DNA of 63,734 bases, counting the filler, from Octopus bimaculoides (taxonomy: Eukaryota): the NCBI RefSeq assembly GCF_001194135.2. It is 6 parts of 6 records of this genome, joined end to end, with 100 filler letters (N's around TTAATTAATTAA, not from the genome) between each part and the next. Parts side by side here need not be neighbours in the genome. Positions count along the whole stretch, not along the records: positions 1 to 17,155 come from NC_068997.1; 5 more parts are not named here. One strand, given 5' to 3'. Below the pieces are notes generated by a model. It made no database searches. It worked only from the letters and a program-made list of their open reading frames with translations, and had not been told where the DNA came from. Positions 1 to 12,949 of the stretch are shown one piece after another (the stretch's first letter is position 1; every line of letters starts with the position of its first letter). The translations under genes and the position numbers were made by a program.

Positions 1-170
1 ATTTTTTTTCTCCGTATTTTTCTCCTTGTTTTCTCCGTATTTTTTCTGTTGAAGAGCGTAGCTCGAAACGTTAAAGATTTTCTCTATTCTCGAGCATCAA
101 ACTAATACATCCTTTTGTTGTTTACACCACCTGTCCTCGTCTGTTGTTTTTTTTCATACATTCTCCCACA
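1..170 (+). mobile_element. 3' end of a Penelope-type repeat carrying a hammerhead-like motif (5' part outside window)
   Basis: Contains CTGTTGA-A-GAGC-gta-GCTC-GAAACGTT-AAAGA. The downstream tail (ttct-gagc-tcaaactaata...tttgttgtt) recurs on the minus strand at 2572-2646. Confidence 0.65.
41..77 (+). ncRNA. Minimal type I hammerhead-like motif, core variant A6->U (probably inactive)
   Basis: Helix I TTTTT(41-45)/AAAGA(73-77); core CTGTTGA(46-52); extra A53; helix II GAGC/GCTC; GAAA(65-68); palindromic ACGT; GTT triplet(70-72). Confidence 0.6.
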
Positions 171-182
171 TATATATATATA

Positions 183-221
<39 letters not shown>

Positions 222-368
222 ATCTATACATGCACATACACACTAATTATATTTGCTACTAATTGTTGGTATTAATTAGAATTGTTGTGTGGTGTTAGTT
301 CACTTCTGGTAGCTTTACTTACCACATTCCATTAATGGCTTTAAACATGTTTTTTACTCACTCACATT

Positions 369-405
<37 letters not shown>

Positions 406-490
406 GTCTGTCTGTCTGTCTGTCATTCTTTCTCTCATTCTTATCTACCGTTCTCTCATTTTCAACTCCTTTACTCTCACTCTTTCTTCT

Positions 491-535
<45 letters not shown>

Positions 536-1161
536 ACTCTTTCTCTCTGATTCTCAACTCTTTTAGTCTCTCTTATTTTCTTTCTTCACTTCCCTCATTT
601 TCTCTTTCTTTCTCTCCTTCTTTCTCTTTCCTTCACTCTTATTCAGGTAAGATTTCTTTCATTTTATTTATTTATTCTTCGTTTACNNNNNNNNNNNNNN
701 NNNNNNNNNNNNNNNNNNNNNNNNNNNNNNNNNNNNNNNNNNNNNNNNNNNNNNNNNNNNNNNNNNNNNNNNNNNNNNNNNNNNNNNNNNNNNNNNNNNN
801 NNNNNNNNNNNNNNNNNNNNNNNNNNNNNNNNNNNNNNNNNNNNNNNNNNNNNNNNNNNNNNNNNNNNNNNNNNNNNNNNNNNNNNNNNNNNNNNNNNNN
901 NNNNNNNNNNNNNNNNNNNNNNNNNNNNNNNNNNNNNNNNNNNNNNNNNNNNNNNNNNNNNNNNNNNNNNNNNNNNNNNNNNNNNNNNNNNNNNNNNNNN
1001 NNNNNNNNNNNNNNNNNNNNNNNNNNNNNNNNNNNNNNNNNNNNNNNNNNNNNNNNNNNNNNNNNNNNNNNNNNNNNNNNNNNNNNNNNNNNNNNNNNNN
1101 NNNNNNNNNNNNNNNNNNNNNNNNNNNNNNNNNNNNNNNNNNNNNNNNNNNNNNNNNNNNN

Positions 1162-1212
<51 letters not shown>

Positions 1213-1214
<2 letters not shown>

Positions 1215-1436
1215 GGTGGCAAGCTGGCGGAATCGTTAGCATGCCGGGTGAAATGCTTAGCGGTATTTCGTCTGTCTTCACATTTCTGAGTTCAAATTCC
1301 GCCGAAGTCGACTTTGCCTTTCATCCTTTCGGGGACGATAAACTAAGTACCAGTTGCGTATTGGAGTTGATCTAATCAACTGGCCCCCCCTCCCCAAAAA
1401 TTTCCGACCTTGTTCCTAGAGTAGAAAAGATTATTT
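1213..1436 (+). mobile_element. SINE family B (central domain resembling Meta/Sauria-SINE)
   Basis: Head aaggtggcaagctggcggaatcgttagc, B-box-like gagttcaaattcc, central gtcgactttgccttcatcctttcgggg; follows an (ATT)n tract. Confidence 0.8.
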
Positions 1437-1611
1437 CTAGGGTGGTATTACTTATTTATATTAAGGGTGGACAAGCAGGTGGTGGGTTCAATTTCTTACT
1501 TAATCCTATCTTATTGCCCATCCCCTCAAAATATTTTCGCTCTTCTAGCCATTCTAGCACACCCATCATTATATTAAACCGAATACAAGTGGGTACTTCA
1601 GGGTGGTTGCT

Positions 1612-1812
1612 TGACACGTTAGAGATAGCAGCCAAGTTTACCCTCAGATCTCCCCCACCCACTGTTGTTTTAAGAATAGGAAATATGCACATTCGATGTC
1701 ATCATTTATGAATGCATCTAATCTGACAGGATGGTCACTGCTGGAACACTTTTGAAACATAGGACTGCTTTATCAGGACTGACCTGACTTGCAGCTAAAC
1801 AAAGAACAACAA
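1612..1812 (+). mobile_element. Old interspersed repeat family E with (AAC)n tail
   Basis: Motifs gttagagatagcagccaag...acaggatggtca...gacctga...gctaaacaa(c)aac. Related copies near 7085, 10855, 18490(-), 21585, 54950, 56200, 58222, 58540. Confidence 0.55.
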
Positions 1813-1986
1813 CCCCCCTACACCACCCCCACCTCAAAATTGCATCATCATCATCATCATCATCATCATCCACTACTTCTACTTCTGCCATTACTACTAC
1901 TATCACTACTATTTCCACCACCACCACCACTATCACGATCACTGCTAACTAGTACTACTACTACCACTACTCCTACCACCTCCATA

Positions 1987-2021
<35 letters not shown>

Positions 2022-2571
2022 ATAGCATTAACAACCCCCTCCTTTAGTTAATGGTGGCAATCCCTGATATTTGAAACCAAGTACCTCAAATACTTTGACA
2101 CCTGTGTTACAGTAGGGTAATGAGCATAGTTAGAGTAATGTTAATTACATCATTGCTGTGGTGGTGGTGGTGGTGGTGGTGCGACTGGTTAGTGCTGCCT
2201 AACCTTCTTCTGGCAACCACTCCTCCACTCCCCTCGCCCTTCCCTGTTATTCCCAGAGAGACCACTAAGCCTTGAAGTTTTGATAAGGCTTCCCCTTATG
2301 TATGTCTGTATGTGTTGTGGCTTCTACAGTCGGCCCCTGGGCCGACCAATCCTTGCTGAGTGAATTTCGTACACAGAAAAATGTATGGAAACCTGTTGTG
2401 GACATTTTGTTTGTTTGTTTGCTTAATGGTTGTTTTTATCCATAGTGGCATCACTTAGATTGTGGCAGGGGGGATGGAGGGGAGTTATTGGTGGAGGGGG
2501 TAGGATTTTTGCAGTTGGATGCCCTTCCTGTCACCAACCTGAAATTTTACATATGTATGTTTGTGTGTGTG

Positions 2572-2646
2572 TGTGAGGGAACAACAAACAGGTTTATTAG
2601 TTTGACGCTCAAGAAGAATGGAAAAGTCTTTGACATTTCAAGCCTA
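2572..2646 (-). mobile_element. Second, 5'-truncated copy of the Penelope-type hammerhead tail seen at 1-170
   Basis: Minus strand taggcttgaaatgtcaaagacttttcc...ttcttgagcgtcaaactaataaacc aligns with 59-115; shows a GTC triplet. Confidence 0.6.
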
Positions 2647-2649
2647 TGT

Positions 2650-2852
2650 TTAAATTGGTGAATGCTGCCATGATCTTTGCCTTCAGTTCACCTTTTGGTG
2701 TTTCAAGGAGTTTTGTTGGTCTCTTGCTGAACTGCGCCCCACACATAATAATCAAGGGGGTTACAGTCTGGGATGTTAGGTGGCCAGATGTTTAGGGTGA
2801 TGTGGCAGAAATTGTCTGACGGCCACCACTGGGTTCTCCTGCTTGTATGGCA
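2650..2852 (-). pseudogene. Tc1/mariner transposase C-terminal fragment
   Basis: Translation CHTSRRTQWWPSDNF...WPPNIPDCNPLDYYVWGAV...NTKGELKAKIMAAFTNLN matches the WPPxSPDxNPxD motif of mariner/maT transposases. Confidence 0.85.
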
Positions 2853-3135
2853 CCTTGGGCAAGTGTCTTCAACTATAGCCCTCAAGTCAACCAAACCGTT
2901 GTGAGTTGCTTTGGTAGACGGAAACTAAAAGAAGCCTGTCGTGTGTGTGTGTGTCTGTGTTTATATCCCGATAACTTAACAGTTTGACAAAAGACCCCGA
3001 CAGAATAAGTGCCTCCTTTTTTTTTAAATAAACAAACAAAACAAGTACTGGGGTTCATACATTCGACTAAGAAAATTCTTCAAGGCGTTGCCCCAGCATG
3101 GTCACAGCGTAATGACTGAAACAAGTAAAAAATGA
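2848..3135 (+). mobile_element. SINE family A (tRNA-derived, CORE-like), 5'-truncated
   Basis: gcaccttgggcaagtgtcttc core, internal (GT)n, 3' end atgactgaaacaagtaaaa. Confidence 0.8.
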
Positions 3136-3705
3136 AAGATATAGGTAGATAGATAGATAGATGAACAGATTGATGGACAAATTTAGGTTTCCAATACTGC
3201 ATCATGAATTTCTATTCCCTCATAAACTTCGGTATTTCCTAAATTTCATAAAGAGAAAGCAAACACATACAAAGACACACACACACACTTGTTCACTTCA
3301 TAATTGACACAGTGCGAAGGCAGAAATTTTTCCGTTTCTATGATATTATATTTAATGCATTGTAAAGCTTCAACTTGTGGCTTGTAACTTTTAATACCCT
3401 CACTCATTTTATTATTATTATATATCAGGGTTGAAAGGTATGAAAGGGTGGAAACTGTGTCGAACATCAAACTATTTGGTATTAAGCATTAACCATTAAT
3501 TGTTAGCTATTAGCATTAAATTAGCATTTTTGGTGATGAATTGAAAATCGTTTGTTTGTTTCATTGAATAATTAATATTTTACAGTTATAGTCTGTTGAG
3601 GCACTGCGTACCTTGTCAAACTAGAACAAATATCCCTAACATCCATGTGTGTGTGTGTATCTATGCATTTGTGTGTATGTGTATGTATGTGTGTGTGTGT
3701 TTATA

Positions 3706-3905
3706 TATTTTATTCTTTTACTTGTTTCAGTCATTTGACTGGCCATGCTGGAGCACCACGTTATGATGATTTTAGTCAAACACATCGACCCCCAGAACAT
3801 ATTTTTTAAGCCTAGTACTTATTTTATCAGTCTGTTTTGCTGAATCGCTAAGTTATGTACACACACCAACACCGTTTGCCAAACAGTGATGGGGGAACAG
3901 ACACA
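3706..3905 (-). mobile_element. SINE family A, 3' half
   Basis: Reverse complement of family A 3' end (ttttacttgtttcagtcatttgact...ctggagcac). Confidence 0.8.
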
Positions 3906-4049
3906 GACATGGTGTTGGTGTGTTTACGTAACTTAGCGGTTCAGCAAAACAGACTGATAAAATACATACATACTCAACTATGTGTATAAATGTATTAATT
4001 TCCTTCATTTCATGTATATAGGTGTGTTATTTCTTTACTACCCACAAGG

Positions 4050-4258
4050 GGCTACACACAGAGGGGACAAACAAGGACAGACAAACGGATTAAGTCGATT
4101 ATACCGACCCCAGTGCGTAACTGGTACTTATTTAATCAACCCCGAAAGGATGAAAGGCAAAGTCGACCTCGGCGGAATTTGAACTCAGAACGTAGCGGCA
4201 GACGAAATACAGCTAAGCATTTCGCCCGGCGTGCTAACGTTTCTGCCAGCTCACTCGC
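4050..4258 (-). mobile_element. SINE family B
   Basis: cccgaaaggatgaaaggcaaagtcgacctcggcggaatttgaactcagaacg...gctaacgtttctgccagctc. Confidence 0.85.
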
Positions 4259-4581
4259 CTCATGTATATAGGTGTGTGTGTGTGTGTGCAATATATGTGT
4301 CTGAGTGTATTTGTGTGCTACTCCCTTTTTTTTCTTTCACTCCAATTCACAAGGATGAAACTAAATCCTTGTGTCTTGTTTGTCTCAAACAGTTGTGAGC
4401 TGTGTGTCTGTGGCTGTCTGTTTGTGTTTGTGTGTGTGTGTGTAGGTGACATGTTTTCCATCTCTCCCAACAGAATGGTAGAGAATACATGGAAGAGGTG
4501 TCAGATGTGTGACTACTAGAACTTCAAATGTGGGCGCTTTGGGATGTTATCATGGTTCCTTGGTCTGCTTACATTCTCATC

Positions 4582-4636
<55 letters not shown>

Positions 4637-5149
4637 NNNNNNNNNNNNNNNNNNNNNNNNNNNNNNNNNNNNNNNNNNNNNNNNNNNNNNNNNNNNNNNN
4701 NNNNNNNNNNNNNNNNNNNNNNNNNNNNNNNNNNNNNNNNNNNNNNNNNNNNNNNNNNNNNNNNNNNNNNNNNNNNNNNNNNNNNNNNNNNNNNNNNNNN
4801 NNNNNNNNNNNNNNNNNNNNNNNNNNNNNNNNNNNNNNNNNNNNNNNNNNNNNNNNNNNNNNNNNNNNNNNNNNNNNNNNNNNNNNNNNNNNNNNNNNNN
4901 NNNNNNNNNNNNNNNNNNNNNNNNNNNNNNNNNNNNNNNNNNNNNNNNNNNNNNNNNNNNNNNNNNNNNNNNNNNNNNNNNNNNNNNNNNNNNNNNNNNN
5001 NNNNNNNNNNNNNNNNNNNNNNNNNNNNNNNNNNNNNNNNNNNNNNNNNNNNNNNNNNNNNNNNNNNNNNNNNNNNNNNNNNNNNNNNNNNNNNNNNNNN
5101 NNNNNNNNNNNNNNNNNNNNNNNNNNNNNNNNNNNNNNNNNATATATTC

Positions 5150-5496
5150 TTTTTCTCTTTTACTTGTTTCAGTCATTTGACTGTGGCCATGCTGGAGCAC
5201 TGCCTTTAGTTGAGCAAATCGACCCCAGGACTTATTCTTTGTAAGCCTAGTACTTATTCTATTGGTCTCTTTTGCCGAACCGCTAAGTTATGGAAACGTA
5301 AACACACCAACATCTTTGTCAAGCGATGTTGGAAGGACAAGCACAGACACACAAACATATATACATATACATATATACGACGGGCTTCTTTCAGTTTCCG
5401 TCTACCAAAGACACTTGCCCAAGGTGCCACACAGTGGGGCTGAACCCAGGACCATGTGGCTGGTAAGCAAACTATTTACCATACAGCCAATCCTGC
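5150..5496 (-). mobile_element. SINE family A
   Basis: Near-complete reverse complement from ttttacttgtttcagtc to catacagccaatcctgc, with an internal deletion. Confidence 0.85.
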
Positions 5497-5882
5497 AGCC
5501 ATAAATATGTGTATATGCATATGTGTCTGTGTATACGATATGTGTGTGTGTGTATAAAAATTATGCATGAAGAGAAAAGCCACTAAGTGGTTTTTGAACA
5601 TGCTAGAAATGGGAGTTAAATCCCAAATCACAAAAAGACTATTCTTATTTTAGCACATTGAATTTTTGTACACACATATAAGATAAAATTTGCTGTCTAC
5701 AGACATTTTTACTCACACTGGCCACTGGTAAAAGTTAATATTCAATTTTTTACCCTATATTTATACACACATACATATATATATATATATATTCTCTCTC
5801 CTTCCTTTCCTGAGCGTCCAATAACACTATCCGTATCACGTCCTCACTTTGTTGTTTTTTTGTTATTGTTTTTTGTTTTTTT

Positions 5883-5917
<35 letters not shown>

Positions 5918-7192
5918 TAAAAAATTAAATATTAATTATATATATATACACACACATACACATACATACCACAACATGGCCCACTGTTGTCTTGTGTCCC
6001 CTTCACCACTACCATCTTCTCATATTTAATCCTTCACCTATTTCTTAGTGCAGTCAACCTTGTGTTTCATATTTCCTACCGCCTCCCAACACACACACAT
6101 ACAAGCACACATTCCTCTTCAGGCTTCCATTTCAATATGATATGTGTGTATATATATATATATATACATATCACATTTATATATATGTAAACCACCTCCT
6201 CCCTTCATCCACACCATCCAGATTATACCCTCTTCTTCTTCTTCTTCTTCTCCTCCTCCTCATCCCCTCTCCATCCCCTCCCCATCATCTTCCTCCTGTC
6301 CCCTTGTTTATTCTCATCAATCTGCTGGTAGCCTCTGTTTCAGCCCCTAAAGGTAAGAGGAAGAATGAATCTGGAAGATAGGCCCTACTACTAAATTCTA
6401 TCCACACCACCACCATCATCATCATCATTATAATGGTCATCATCATGATGATGGTCATGGTAGCTATTACCTTTCCAACCCCTTCTACTTCGTCCCCCCC
6501 TCCCCTCCCCCCATCGCACTGGCATTTTCATCATAGCCAGGCATCTACTTAAACCACCTTTGTTCCAGTCTTGAAACCCCCACTGGGAGCAAAATTCATT
6601 TATTTACCTTCACCACCATGCCCTCTCCCCCATTCATCTTGGTTCACCTCTCACCTCCACTCCTCAAGTCTGCTAGCAGAGTTGTGGTGGAATCACCACT
6701 GCTTACCTATCAGCAGCAACATACCAACCCTGTAATTCTTTCTTGTAAGCCCCCCCCCCCCCCNNNNNNNNNNAAGCCCCCCCCCCCACCTGCTGAACAC
6801 CTTTTAGTGTGTGTGTGTGTATGTATGTTGTTTGCCTTTCAACAATCTGCTCTTTGTTTCCCAACAGGGTGAGAGAGACAGATAGATAGAGAGAGAGAGA
6901 GACTAGAGTATCCAAGAGATAGTGCCAGTCCCCTTGTCTCCCTTATATTGTATAGAAAAAGGGAGAATGTCTTACAAGGCAACTTGGCCTGTTCAACATG
7001 GAATTTAAAAGTCCCTCAAAGAAAACCCCTTTCTCTTCTCTTATCCCCTTTTTCAAAACAGGGACCACATTGAATTCAGCTACCTATGGAAACGTGGAAG
7101 CACTATGTGGTCACTTGACTCGCTAGAAATAGCCACCAAATATCTTCCATATTACACCCTATCATTTTGTAAAATACCAGGATATATCAGAT

Positions 7193-7290
7193 CAGTGGTT
7201 CTCAACAGTGGCCCATATAAGATTTTATTGTCAAAATTTATGTATACAACTGTATACAACCTGAGTGCTGTATACAACAATTTCTTTCTT
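7193..7290 (+). mobile_element. Possible hAT-type terminal remnant
   Basis: CAGTGGTTCTCAAC resembles hAT/Charlie TIRs and is followed by three tgtatacaac repeats; partner TIR not found. Confidence 0.3.
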
Positions 7291-7342
7291 TCATATATAT
7301 AATACACAAAATATTTAGTAATTTTTTTAATACAAAATAGAT

Positions 7343-7432
7343 GCAGGCATGACTCTGTGGTAAGAAGCTTGTTTCTCAATCACATGGGCTCTAGTTCATT
7401 CTTACTGCATGGCACCTTGTGCAAGTGCCTTC
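7343..7432 (+). mobile_element. SINE family A head and core, degraded
   Basis: gcaggcatgactctgtggtaagaagcttg...gcaccttgtgcaagtg. Confidence 0.65.
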
Positions 7433-7650
7433 TTACCACACAGCCATGCGAATATATATATATATATATATATATTAAATTCAAATTATGATAAATGTAA
7501 ACAAACAAACGAAGTTTGCTCTTAGAAACGTTGAAATGTCTTAGAAAGTTAAAGAAGTGATTTTTAAATTCTCAAACGCAGGATAATGCTAATAATATAG
7601 CCTGAACAGGATAAGATACCCCTATTTTGCAGAAAAAAGTGTTGGCGGCC

Positions 7651-7685
<35 letters not shown>

Positions 7686-8238
7686 NNNNNNNNNNNNNNN
7701 NNNNNNNNNNNNNNNNNNNNNNNNNNNNNNNNNNNNNNNNNNNNNNNNNNNNNNNNNNNNNNNNNNNNNNNNNNNNNNNNNNNNNNNNNNNNNNNNNNNN
7801 NNNNNNNNNNNNNNNNNNNNNNNNNNNNNNNNNNNNNNNNNNNNNNNNNNNNNNNNNNNNNNNNNNNNNNNNNNNNNNNNNNNNNNNNNNNNNNNNNNNN
7901 NNNNNNNNNNNNNNNNNNNNNNNNNNNNNNNNNNNNNNNNNNNNNNNNNNNNNNNNNNNNNNNNNNNNNNNNNNNNNNNNNNNNNNNNNNNNNNNNNNNN
8001 NNNNNNNNNNNNNNNNNNNNNNNNNNNNNNNNNNNNNNNNNNNNNNNNNNNNNNNNNNNNNNNNNNNNNNNNNNNNNNNNNNNNNNNNNNNNNNNNNNNN
8101 NNNNNNNNNNNNNNNNNNNNNNNNNNNNNNNNNNNNNNNNNNNNNNNNNNNNNNNNNNNNNNNNNNNNNNNNNNNNNNNNNNNNNNNNNNNNNNNNNNNN
8201 NNNNNNNNNNNNNNNNNNNNNNNNNNNNNNNNNNNNNN

Positions 8239-8285
<47 letters not shown>

Positions 8286-8334
8286 CTCTCAGAAGGGTCT
8301 TTATGTATGTATATATGATTTTAATGTGTTTATA

Positions 8335-8534
8335 TATCTTTTACTTGTTTCAATCATTAAACTGTGGCCATGGTGGAGCACTGCATTGAAGAATTTTAGT
8401 TAAATAAATCAACTGCAGTACTTACTTTTTTAGCCTGCTACTTTATTTTATTCGGCACTTTAGCTGAACTGCAAGTTACGGGGACAGAAGTATACCAAGA
8501 CCAGTTGTCAGGTGGTGGTTGGGGACAAACACGA

Positions 8535-8565
<31 letters not shown>

Positions 8566-8818
8566 ATAGGTTTCTTTCAGTCTCCATCTACCAAATACAC
8601 TCACAAGGCTTTGGTTGACTTGAAGCTAAAGTAGGAGACAAAAATAAGCTATGTCATCATTTCATACAAACACAGTAAAACACACACACACATATATATA
8701 TATATGATGGGCTTCTTTCAGTTTCCATCTACCAAATCCACTCACAAGGCTATAGTAGAAGACACTTGCCCAAGGTGCCACACAGTGGGACTGAACCCAG
8801 AACCATGTGACTGAAAAG
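8335..8818 (-). mobile_element. SINE family A (composite, degraded)
   Basis: ttacttgtttcaatcatt...gacacttgcccaaggtgccacacagtgggactgaaccc. Confidence 0.75.
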
Positions 8819-9134
8819 CAGTATAGATATATGTTTGTGTATCTGTCTGTCTGTATCTATAGACAGATATAGTTATCAAAATAAGCCTCCTCATCATTTC
8901 ATAGCTCCATAACTGCCCACCACCACCAACCACCAACCACCATCTACCCCCCCCCCCCTCGGATCTCAGTAACCATCTTTCTCTCTCCCATAATGTAATT
9001 TAGTGAGGATTATTATTATTATTAATGTACCTTATTTTGCACTTGTTTGCCCTCATTTTCTCACCCTCCATTTCTCCCTCACTCTCTTCCCTCTAGCTCT
9101 CTATTCTTTTTTTCATGAGATAGTGGACTGTCAT

Positions 9135-9200
<66 letters not shown>

Positions 9201-9504
9201 TATAGCTATATTTTATTTGTTGTTGTTGTGATGGCATATTAAGTTCCTGACTTCCTCTCATCTCAACAGTTGACTTACTGTTTTATATTATTAAATTAAT
9301 CTTAATTCACTGATGGGGGGGGGTCTTTTTTGTTCCTCTACCTCCTCCTTCTCCACCTCTCTAAAGGTCTCTCTCTCTGTCTCTTTCTCTCTCTCTCTCT
9401 CTCTTTCTCTCCCTTGCTATATTTTTCTATTGTAAATCCATACTGTTTTTTTCATCTGTCTCTCTCTACTCACACACCTCTAAATTAGTTCCCATCACCC
9501 TCCC

Positions 9505-9543
<39 letters not shown>

Positions 9544-9731
9544 NNNNNNNNNNNNNNNNNNNNNNNNNNNNNNNNNNNNNNNNNNNNNNNNNNNNNNNNN
9601 NNNNNNNNNNNNNNNNNNNNNNNNNNNNNNNNNNNNNNNNNNNNNNNNNNNNNNNNNNNNNNNNNNNNNNNNNNNNNNNNNNNNNNNNNNNNNNNNNNNN
9701 NNNNNNNNNNNNNNNNNNNNNNNNNNNNNNN

Positions 9732-9772
<41 letters not shown>

Positions 9773-10049
9773 TACATAAACACATACATACACACCTAAA
9801 TTCTTTCCCTCTCTCTCTAACTCGGCTATTCCTAAACACTTTTCCTATGGCTGTCATCTTCCCCCTACTCCCCCCTCTCACTCCCCATATCCAGTACCTA
9901 ACTCTCAGGCACCGAAATAGTCACGTCACATGTCCCTACTATGCACCTAGTCACATGACATCACTCTATCATAGAGCTGATCACAGTACACAATTCGTAT
10001 TATGTCTGTTACACTCACCATGTTACATATACCTTGTGGTACTAGTCTA

Positions 10050-10500
10050 CCTTGTTACACACCACATCTGTTTATCATGTTATGCTTAATTTATACAACC
10101 ACACCTGACATATCTTCTACAGTCAGTCATACAAACACTGACATGTGGCATCACACCTGTCTTCTACTAGTTACAGCACTTGTTTGTCACATCACACCTG
10201 TCTTACACAACCCATCAAACAACACCTCACTGTCACACTATACCTGTCTGTCACACTACACCTGTCTCTCACACCACACCTGTCTATGACAACAATTCCT
10301 GTTTGCCAAACTACATCTCTGTCACACCACACCTGTTTGTCACACCACACTTATCTGTCATACTACACCTGCCTGCTTGACCATACTTGTCCTATACAGC
10401 CAGTCAAACTACACCTGACTGTTACACCACACCTGTCTTCTATAATGAATCAATTAACACCTGTCTATCACATCACACCTGTCTATCACATCGCACCTGA
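10050..10500. repeat. Degenerate ~17-18 bp minisatellite (tcacac[c/t]acacctgtct)
   Basis: Recurring cacacctgtct / acacctgtct units; explains the His/Thr/Cys-rich ORFs 10002-10648. Confidence 0.75.
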
Positions 10501-10538
10501 CTCTATAATATTCAGGGTACCACTTTCTGAACACACCC

Positions 10539-10569
<31 letters not shown>

Positions 10570-10579
10570 GTGTGTGTGT

Positions 10580-10810
10580 ATATATCTGTGTCAGTTTGTC
10601 CCCCATAACTGCATGACAACCAGTGTTGATGTATGTATGTCCATGTAACTTAGTGGTTCAGCAAAAAAATCTGATAGATATAAGTACGAGGTTTAAGAAT
10701 GAAAAATAAGCATTGGGGTGGTTGATTCATTCAACTAAAACAATTTTTCAAAGCGGTGCTCCAGCACGGGCTGCAATGAAATAACCGAAACAAGTTACAG
10801 AAAGGCAAAA
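10580..10810 (+). mobile_element. SINE family A 3' half, degraded
   Basis: gtttgtccccc...aacttagtggttcagcaaaa...gcggtgctccagcacgg. Confidence 0.65.
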
Positions 10811-11595
10811 GACAGTGCCTAGATATCCCCCCTTTCCCCTCCCAAGTGCCATGTGGTGGTCATGGCTGTGATGTCTTTGATTACTGCTTCAACCGAATCC
10901 AGACCTGAACAACAATAACAACAACATTGTTGAGAAGCGGGGCTTTGGGTTGTCCTGAAAAGGGTTGTTTGTTGTGGCCCTTTTTTTTTTTTTCTATCCC
11001 CTACTTTCGCTTTCCAGAGCACTCCCTCCCCTCCATCTGACCATTCTAGATAATTGTATGTGTGTGTGTGGGGGGGGGAGTCTGTGTATATGTGTGAAAG
11101 TGTGTATATATATATGCGTTTGTATGTGTGAGAGTGTTCATGTGTGTGTGTCTTAGTGTGTGCATATATATGTGAGAGTGTGTATACATTGTGTTTGTGT
11201 GGGAGTGTGTGCTTGTATGTGTGGAGTGTGTATGTGAGAGGGTGTATGTATATGTATGTGTGTGAGTGTGCATATACGTGTGTATGTGAGTTTGTGCATG
11301 TTTGTGTGTGAGTGTGTGCTTGCTTGGGTGAGCGTGTATGTGTAGTTCTGTATACGTTTGTCAATGTATGTGACGTGTATGTATATGTGTGTATATGTGA
11401 AGGCGAGAGTGTGACAGGGTGGTTGTTTCTGAGTGTCTGAAGAGCAGATAGTTGCAGTGTGTGTGTGTGTGTGCATGCATGTTTGCATGCATGCATGTCT
11501 TTCTGTTTGTCTGTCTCCGGTGCAGTGCAGTGCAGGGTTGCACACTTAGATTAATCACAGAAAAGAGGTGAAATCATTTTAAAACACTGATTAAA

Positions 11596-11642
<47 letters not shown>

Positions 11643-12133
11643 GCAATGTGTGTTAAGATGGGTGAACAATAGGGGGTGGTAGGGTAGGTTTGGGTTTCGT
11701 GTGTGTGTGTGTAGTTGTGTGGTCTGTAGATATGTGTGTATTGTGTGTATGAAGACGTGTGCACATGCAGATGTGTGTGTGTGTGTAGTTGTGTAATGCA
11801 TGCATGCGTCGTTATATGTGAGTGTAGGTACACTTGAGTGCATGTGCGTGTAGGTATGTGTGTGCGTTTTTGATCAAATTTTCAAAGTTGGCGATTATTG
11901 AATACTGTTTAGCTATATATTTTATTGAAATGCATGGGCTGTAGTAATTGTGGTTGTTGTTGTGGTTGTCGTTGTTGTTGTTGTTGTTGTTGGTGGTGGT
12001 GATTCAAGTGCTGTTTTTTATTTTTTGTTAAATGGTTGTTTTATAATTGTTGTTTGTGGTGATAGAGGTGTTGGTCCTCTTACAGTGACTGTTAGTATCT
12101 ACCATGTACCTTGTTTGTTGTTCTGGTGGCAGC

Positions 12134-12169
<36 letters not shown>

Positions 12170-12624
12170 GGTGAAGGTCATGGCCATAGTGGTGGTATTT
12201 ATTTACCTTGTTTGTTTGTGGCTGTTGTTGTTGTTGGTGGTGGTGGTGGTTGTGCTGTTAATGAGTTCATTATTGTGGATGTTAAATGCTGTTAATGTGG
12301 TTGCAATGGTAGTGGTGGTGGTGGTGGTTGCGTCGGTGATGGCTAATGATGTTCATATTGTTTATTGTTTTTTTTTTGTGTTTTGTGTACTTTTTTTGTT
12401 TGTTTTATTTCAAATTAAAATAATTTTAGTGATAGAATTTCAATATAGTAATTGTACTGGGAACAACAATAATGATGTTTGTGGTAATAACTCGCGGTAG
12501 TGGTAGTAGTGGTGGCGGCAGCGGTGCTACTGCTGAAGTTTATGGTAAAAATATGGTAGGTAATAGCAGATTTGGCTGCTTTTACTAGCAAGTTCAGTGA
12601 CCACATAGAGGCTCACTCATTGAC

Positions 12625-12832
12625 TGTTCTTTTCTGCTCTAGGCACAAGGCCCGAAATTTTTGGGGCAGCCGTTCAGTCAGATTAGATCGACTCCAGTAC
12701 TTAATTTAATCGACCCTGAAAGGACGAAAGACAAAATCGACCTCGGCAGAATTTGAACTCGGAATGTAGAGACAGGCGGAATACCGCCAAGCATTTCGCC
12801 CGGCGTGCTAACGTTTCTGCCATCTCGCCATC
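12625..12832 (-). mobile_element. SINE family B
   Basis: aggcacaaggcccgaaattt...gtcgacctcggcagaatttgaactc...gctaacgtttctgcc. Confidence 0.8.
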
Positions 12833-12949
12833 TTTCACTAATTGAATGTTGCTGTTGTTAGTGGTTGTGCTGATGGTATGGGTAGTGGTATTGCTGGTAA
12901 CAGTGTGTTATGGGGTGTGGTGGTGGTGGTGGTGGTGGTGGTGCCTAGG

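Noticed and set aside
644-651. CAGGTAAG splice-donor-like site after a pyrimidine tract (similar AAGGTAAG near 6350)
   Set aside because: No credible exon ORF, and such motifs are common by chance.
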